Assembly: GCA_963754315.1 (NCBI GenBank) | Contig: CAVWFS010000014.1 | Span: 32,001-96,000 of the forward strand | Direction: 5' to 3' | DNA from: an uncultured Candidatus Rokubacteria bacterium | GTDB taxonomy: Bacteria > Methylomirabilota > Methylomirabilia > Rokubacteriales > CSP1-6 | Length of the DNA: 64,000 nucleotides | Shown here: positions 60,894 through 64,000 of the stretch, in pieces | How the letters are laid out: every line of letters begins with the position of its first letter | How positions within the stretch are numbered: position 1 is the first letter of the stretch | Notes under the pieces: model-generated | What the model was told of the DNA's origin: nothing | Seen by the model: the letters and a program-made list of their open reading frames with translations, nothing else | Databases searched by the model: none | Translations under genes and position numbers: made by a program

Positions 60894-62093
60894 ATGGCTA
60901 CCCCGAACGAGCGTGCCGTGAGCCTCCGAGTACGTCAGCGAACCCCGGTGTCCGCGCGGGCCCGCGCCCCGCAGCTGCCACCGGGCCTCGAACAGTATCT
61001 GCGAACGGCCGAAGCGGCACTGTCCGAGCCGTTCAAGGGTGTCACCACCGACGGATTGTGCGTGCCCGGTCTGTTCCCCATCCGCGTGACGGGCATCTCG
61101 GTTCAACCCCTCCTCGAGGCCGCCCTCGCCTTCATCGCCTCGCTCAGCGCCGACCAGAAAACCAGGAGCCTGTTCCCGATCGAGAGCGATGCCTGGCGCC
61201 GGTGGAGCAACATCCATCCCTTTCTGCTGCGCCACGGTGTCTCGCTCGATGAGCTGAGCCCGGAGCCGCGCGCCCTCGCGCTAACCCTGCTCCGGGAGAG
61301 CTTGAGTTCCGACGGATTCCGGACGGCGCGAGACGTCATGAGGCTCAACGAGTTCATTGGCCAGGTCACGGGCAGCCACGCGGAGTACGGCGAGTGGCTC
61401 TACTGGCTGAGCGTGATGGGGACACCGTCCCCGCACGAGCCGTGGGGTTGGCAGCTCGATGGCCACCATCTCATCGTCAACTGCTTCGTGCTCGGGGATC
61501 AGATCGTCATGACCCCGATGTTCATGGGCTCAGAGCCGGTGGCGGCCGATACGGGGCCGTACGCAGGTACGCGCGTGTTCCACGCCGAGGAGCAGGGTGG
61601 CCTGGACCTCATGCGCGCTTTGACGCCGACGCAGCAGGCCGCCGCCATCCTCTCGGCCACCTTGCCCACGGAGGCATTTACCGCCGCGTTCCGCGACAAC
61701 TTCGAGATGAAGTACGAGGGCCTGCGGTTCGGGGCGCTCTCGAGCGCCCAGCAGCAACTCGCGCTCGCCGTGCTCGAGACCTACGTGGGACGTCTCCGAC
61801 CCGGTCATGCCGATGTCAGAATGGACGAGGTGAAGAACCATCTGGCGGCTACCCACTTCGCATGGATGGGCGGTTTCGACGAGCAGAGCGCTTTCTACTA
61901 CCGACTCCACAGTCCGGTGATCCTCATCGAGTTCGATCATCAGCGCGGGATCGCGCTCGACAACGACCAGCCCTCCCGCACCCACATTCACACCGTCGTT
62001 CGCACTCCCAACGGCAACGACTACGGCCGGGATCTCCTGCGCCAGCACCACCAGCAGTTCGACCACACGAGCCCGGGCCACGCCCATCGCTGA
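60894..62093 (+). CDS. DUF3500-like protein
   Basis: WSN, PWGWQLDGHHL, TPMFMGSEP, YYRLHSPVILIEFDHQ, HIHTVVRTPNGNDYG. Confidence 0.8.
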   Translation: MATPNERAVSLRVRQRTPVSARARAPQLPPGLEQYLRTAEAALSEPFKGVTTDGLCVPGLFPIRVTGISVQPLLEAALAFIASLSADQKTRSLFPIESDAWRRWSNIHPFLLRHGVSLDELSPEPRALALTLLRESLSSDGFRTARDVMRLNEFIGQVTGSHAEYGEWLYWLSVMGTPSPHEPWGWQLDGHHLIVNCFVLGDQIVMTPMFMGSEPVAADTGPYAGTRVFHAEEQGGLDLMRALTPTQQAAAILSATLPTEAFTAAFRDNFEMKYEGLRFGALSSAQQQLALAVLETYVGRLRPGHADVRMDEVKNHLAATHFAWMGGFDEQSAFYYRLHSPVILIEFDHQRGIALDNDQPSRTHIHTVVRTPNGNDYGRDLLRQHHQQFDHTSPGHAHR

Positions 62094-62111
62094 GCCCGAG
62101 GAGACGCATCG

Positions 62112-62600
62112 ATGGACAGCCGAGCACCCAGTGACCAGCAAGCGATCGAGCGATACCGCTACATGCTGCGAACCGCCCCGCCCGAGACCATCGAGCAGGC
62201 GCACGCCGAGGCATTCGCCGCCCTTACTCCGCAGCAACGACGCGTCGTGCTCGAGCAACTCCGGGAGGCGACGCCCCCGGGCGAACGCCCGCCCGGGGAC
62301 GGCGATGCCGATCCCCAGGCGCTTGCCCGGATGGCCACCCGGGCCGAGATGCGTCAACCCGGGGTCCTCGAGCGCGCCTTCGGGAGCGGGCGCGGAGGCG
62401 GCTTCGGAGGAATGTTTGCGAGCAGCCTGCTCGGCAGCGTGGCGGGCACGGTTCTCGGCAGCATGGTGGCCCAGCATTTCTTTGCTCACCCGGCTGCCGC
62501 TGAGGCCTCGTCGCCGGAGGACGGGTTCGACGATCAGCAGACAGCCGACTCCGAGGACGCTGACGGAGATTTCGGCGACGATATGGATGTGGAGGTCTGA
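62112..62600 (+). CDS. Conserved hypothetical protein
   Basis: GAGGAG RBS; RYRYMLRTAPPETIEQAHAEAF, Gly-rich hydrophobic segment, acidic tail. Confidence 0.7.
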   Translation: MDSRAPSDQQAIERYRYMLRTAPPETIEQAHAEAFAALTPQQRRVVLEQLREATPPGERPPGDGDADPQALARMATRAEMRQPGVLERAFGSGRGGGFGGMFASSLLGSVAGTVLGSMVAQHFFAHPAAAEASSPEDGFDDQQTADSEDADGDFGDDMDVEV

Positions 62601-62617
62601 CACACCGCAACCAGACG

Positions 62618-63187
62618 ATGCGGCCCAGAAAGCACGCCGTCGGCCTGGTAGCCGGACTCGGTCTCATGCTTGCTCTGGCCGCGTCGGCCGAGGCCAGCGA
62701 GCATCTGTGGGCACTCCTCAAGACCGGCGGGCAGATCGTGCTGATCCGGCATGCCATTACCACGCCCGGAGTGGGCGATCCGCCTGGCATGCGGCTCGAC
62801 GACTGCAACACCCAGCGCAACCTGACGGACGCCGGCCGGCGCGACGCGCGCCGCCTCGGCGAGGTCTTTCGCGCGCGCGACGTCCCGGTCGATCGTGTGC
62901 TGTCGAGCCCCTGGTGTCGTTGCCTGGAGACAGCCCGCCTGGCGTTTGGTATGGCGGAGTCCTGGCCGCCCTTGAGCAACCTCTTCGGCCGGCCGGAACA
63001 TCGCGCGGAACAGGTGCAGCAGATGCAGGCGCTGGTCGGGCAGCGGCGGACCGGGGGCACGCTCGTCCTCGTGTCGCACGGCTCGACCATCTCCGCGCTG
63101 ACCGGGGTCATGCTGGACACTGCCGAGATGGTGGTGGTGACCCCTCAGGGTGAGGGACAGTTCACGGTCGCCGGCCGGCTGAAATAA
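62618..63187 (+). CDS. Histidine phosphatase family protein, exported
   Basis: Signal peptide; LIRHA, QRNL, SSPWCRC.ETA, VSHG. Confidence 0.85.
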   Translation: MRPRKHAVGLVAGLGLMLALAASAEASEHLWALLKTGGQIVLIRHAITTPGVGDPPGMRLDDCNTQRNLTDAGRRDARRLGEVFRARDVPVDRVLSSPWCRCLETARLAFGMAESWPPLSNLFGRPEHRAEQVQQMQALVGQRRTGGTLVLVSHGSTISALTGVMLDTAEMVVVTPQGEGQFTVAGRLK

Positions 63188-63313
63188 TGAGGGCCCCACA
63201 TGGGCGCGCTTCTCGATCCCACCGGGTGGCGACGCCGCCAGCTATAATCCCCGGCACGGCGCCGATACCTCGCGCGCCTCGGCCGGGAAACCCCGACAGG
63301 AAGGAGCCACGTC

Positions 63314-64000
63314 ATGAGCCAGCTGACTCGTCGCCGTTTCGTCACCGGGGGTACCGCCCTCGCCGCCGGCATGGTGGCCGCTCCCTACGTCCACGCTCAA
63401 AAGAAAGGCGGGCTCTTCCGCTTCGTGCCCCACGCCGACCTCAAGATCCTCGACCCGATCTGGACCACCGCGTATATCACCCGCAACCATGGCTACCTGA
63501 TCTACGACACGCTCTTCGCCACCGACGCTGACCTCAAGATCCAGCCGCAGATGGTGGCCACGTTTACGGCTAGCCCCGACAAGCGAAAGTGGTCATTCAC
63601 CCTGCGCGACGGGCTCAAGTTCCATGATGGCCAGCCCGTGACCGCCGAGGACGCGGTGGCTTCCATCAAGCGCTGGGGTGCGCGCGACACGGTGGGGCGG
63701 CTCTTCGTGGCTTCTATCGGCAAGTTCGCGGCCACCGACAAGAAGACGTTCGCGCTTGAGCTCGAGACGCCGTTCGGTCTGGTCCTGGAGGCGCTCGGCA
63801 AGCCCTCGAGCAACGTGCCCTTCATCATGCCCGCACGAGTGGCCGCCACCGACGCCAACGAGCAGGTCAAGGAAGCCATCGGTTCGGGGCCGTACAAGTT
63901 CGTCAAGGACGAGTGGCAGCCCGGCAACAAAGTCGTGTACGTGAAGAACGGCGACTACGTCCCCCGCAAGGAGAAGGCGAGCGGCGCGGCTGGCGGCAAG
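63314..64000 (+). CDS. ABC transporter substrate-binding protein family 5 (partial, Tat signal)
   Basis: TATAAT at 63243; AAGGAG RBS; MSQLTRRRFV; LDPIWTT, YDTLF, FTLRDGLKFHDG, IGSGPYKF. Confidence 0.9.
   Translation, partial: MSQLTRRRFVTGGTALAAGMVAAPYVHAQKKGGLFRFVPHADLKILDPIWTTAYITRNHGYLIYDTLFATDADLKIQPQMVATFTASPDKRKWSFTLRDGLKFHDGQPVTAEDAVASIKRWGARDTVGRLFVASIGKFAATDKKTFALELETPFGLVLEALGKPSSNVPFIMPARVAATDANEQVKEAIGSGPYKFVKDEWQPGNKVVYVKNGDYVPRKEKASGAAGGK

Overview
A GC-rich, densely coding bacterial chromosomal window. The gene content (orphan ABC binding proteins, LLM oxidoreductases, amidohydrolases, MFS transporters) and the GGGGGGCC-N7-GGCCCCCC repeats suggest a soil lineage such as Ca. Rokubacteria; this is inference only. 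I see about 55 CDS and no rRNA, tRNA, CRISPR array, transposase or integrase. The main accessory block (~9.0-29.6 kb) is a divergent surface-glycan locus. Its left arm encodes a NeuB-like synthase, an SDR, a NeuA-like CMP-transferase, a fused transketolase, a HAD phosphatase and a KpsS/Capsule_synth-like transferase. Its right arm encodes a GT2 remnant, a second KpsS-like paralog, a DJ-1-like protein, an O-carbamoyltransferase, two GT-methyltransferase fusions, a GT2 and Wzm/Wzt, followed by a convergent ArnT-like gene. No NeuC/Pse/Leg precursor genes are present in the window, so it may build a non-canonical, decorated ulosonic-acid glycan; this is the best candidate for an undescribed system. 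Other observations: a homologous ~87-bp multi-hairpin tandem repeat at two loci (6.8 kb and 49.6 kb); an orphan secreted protein with a coiled-coil/poly-Gly/poly-Pro/Cys-hairpin tail and a repeat- and hairpin-rich upstream region; several gene remnants; four single-base frameshifts (possibly sequencing errors); and several probable leaderless genes. All product calls come from motif recognition by eye, not database searches.
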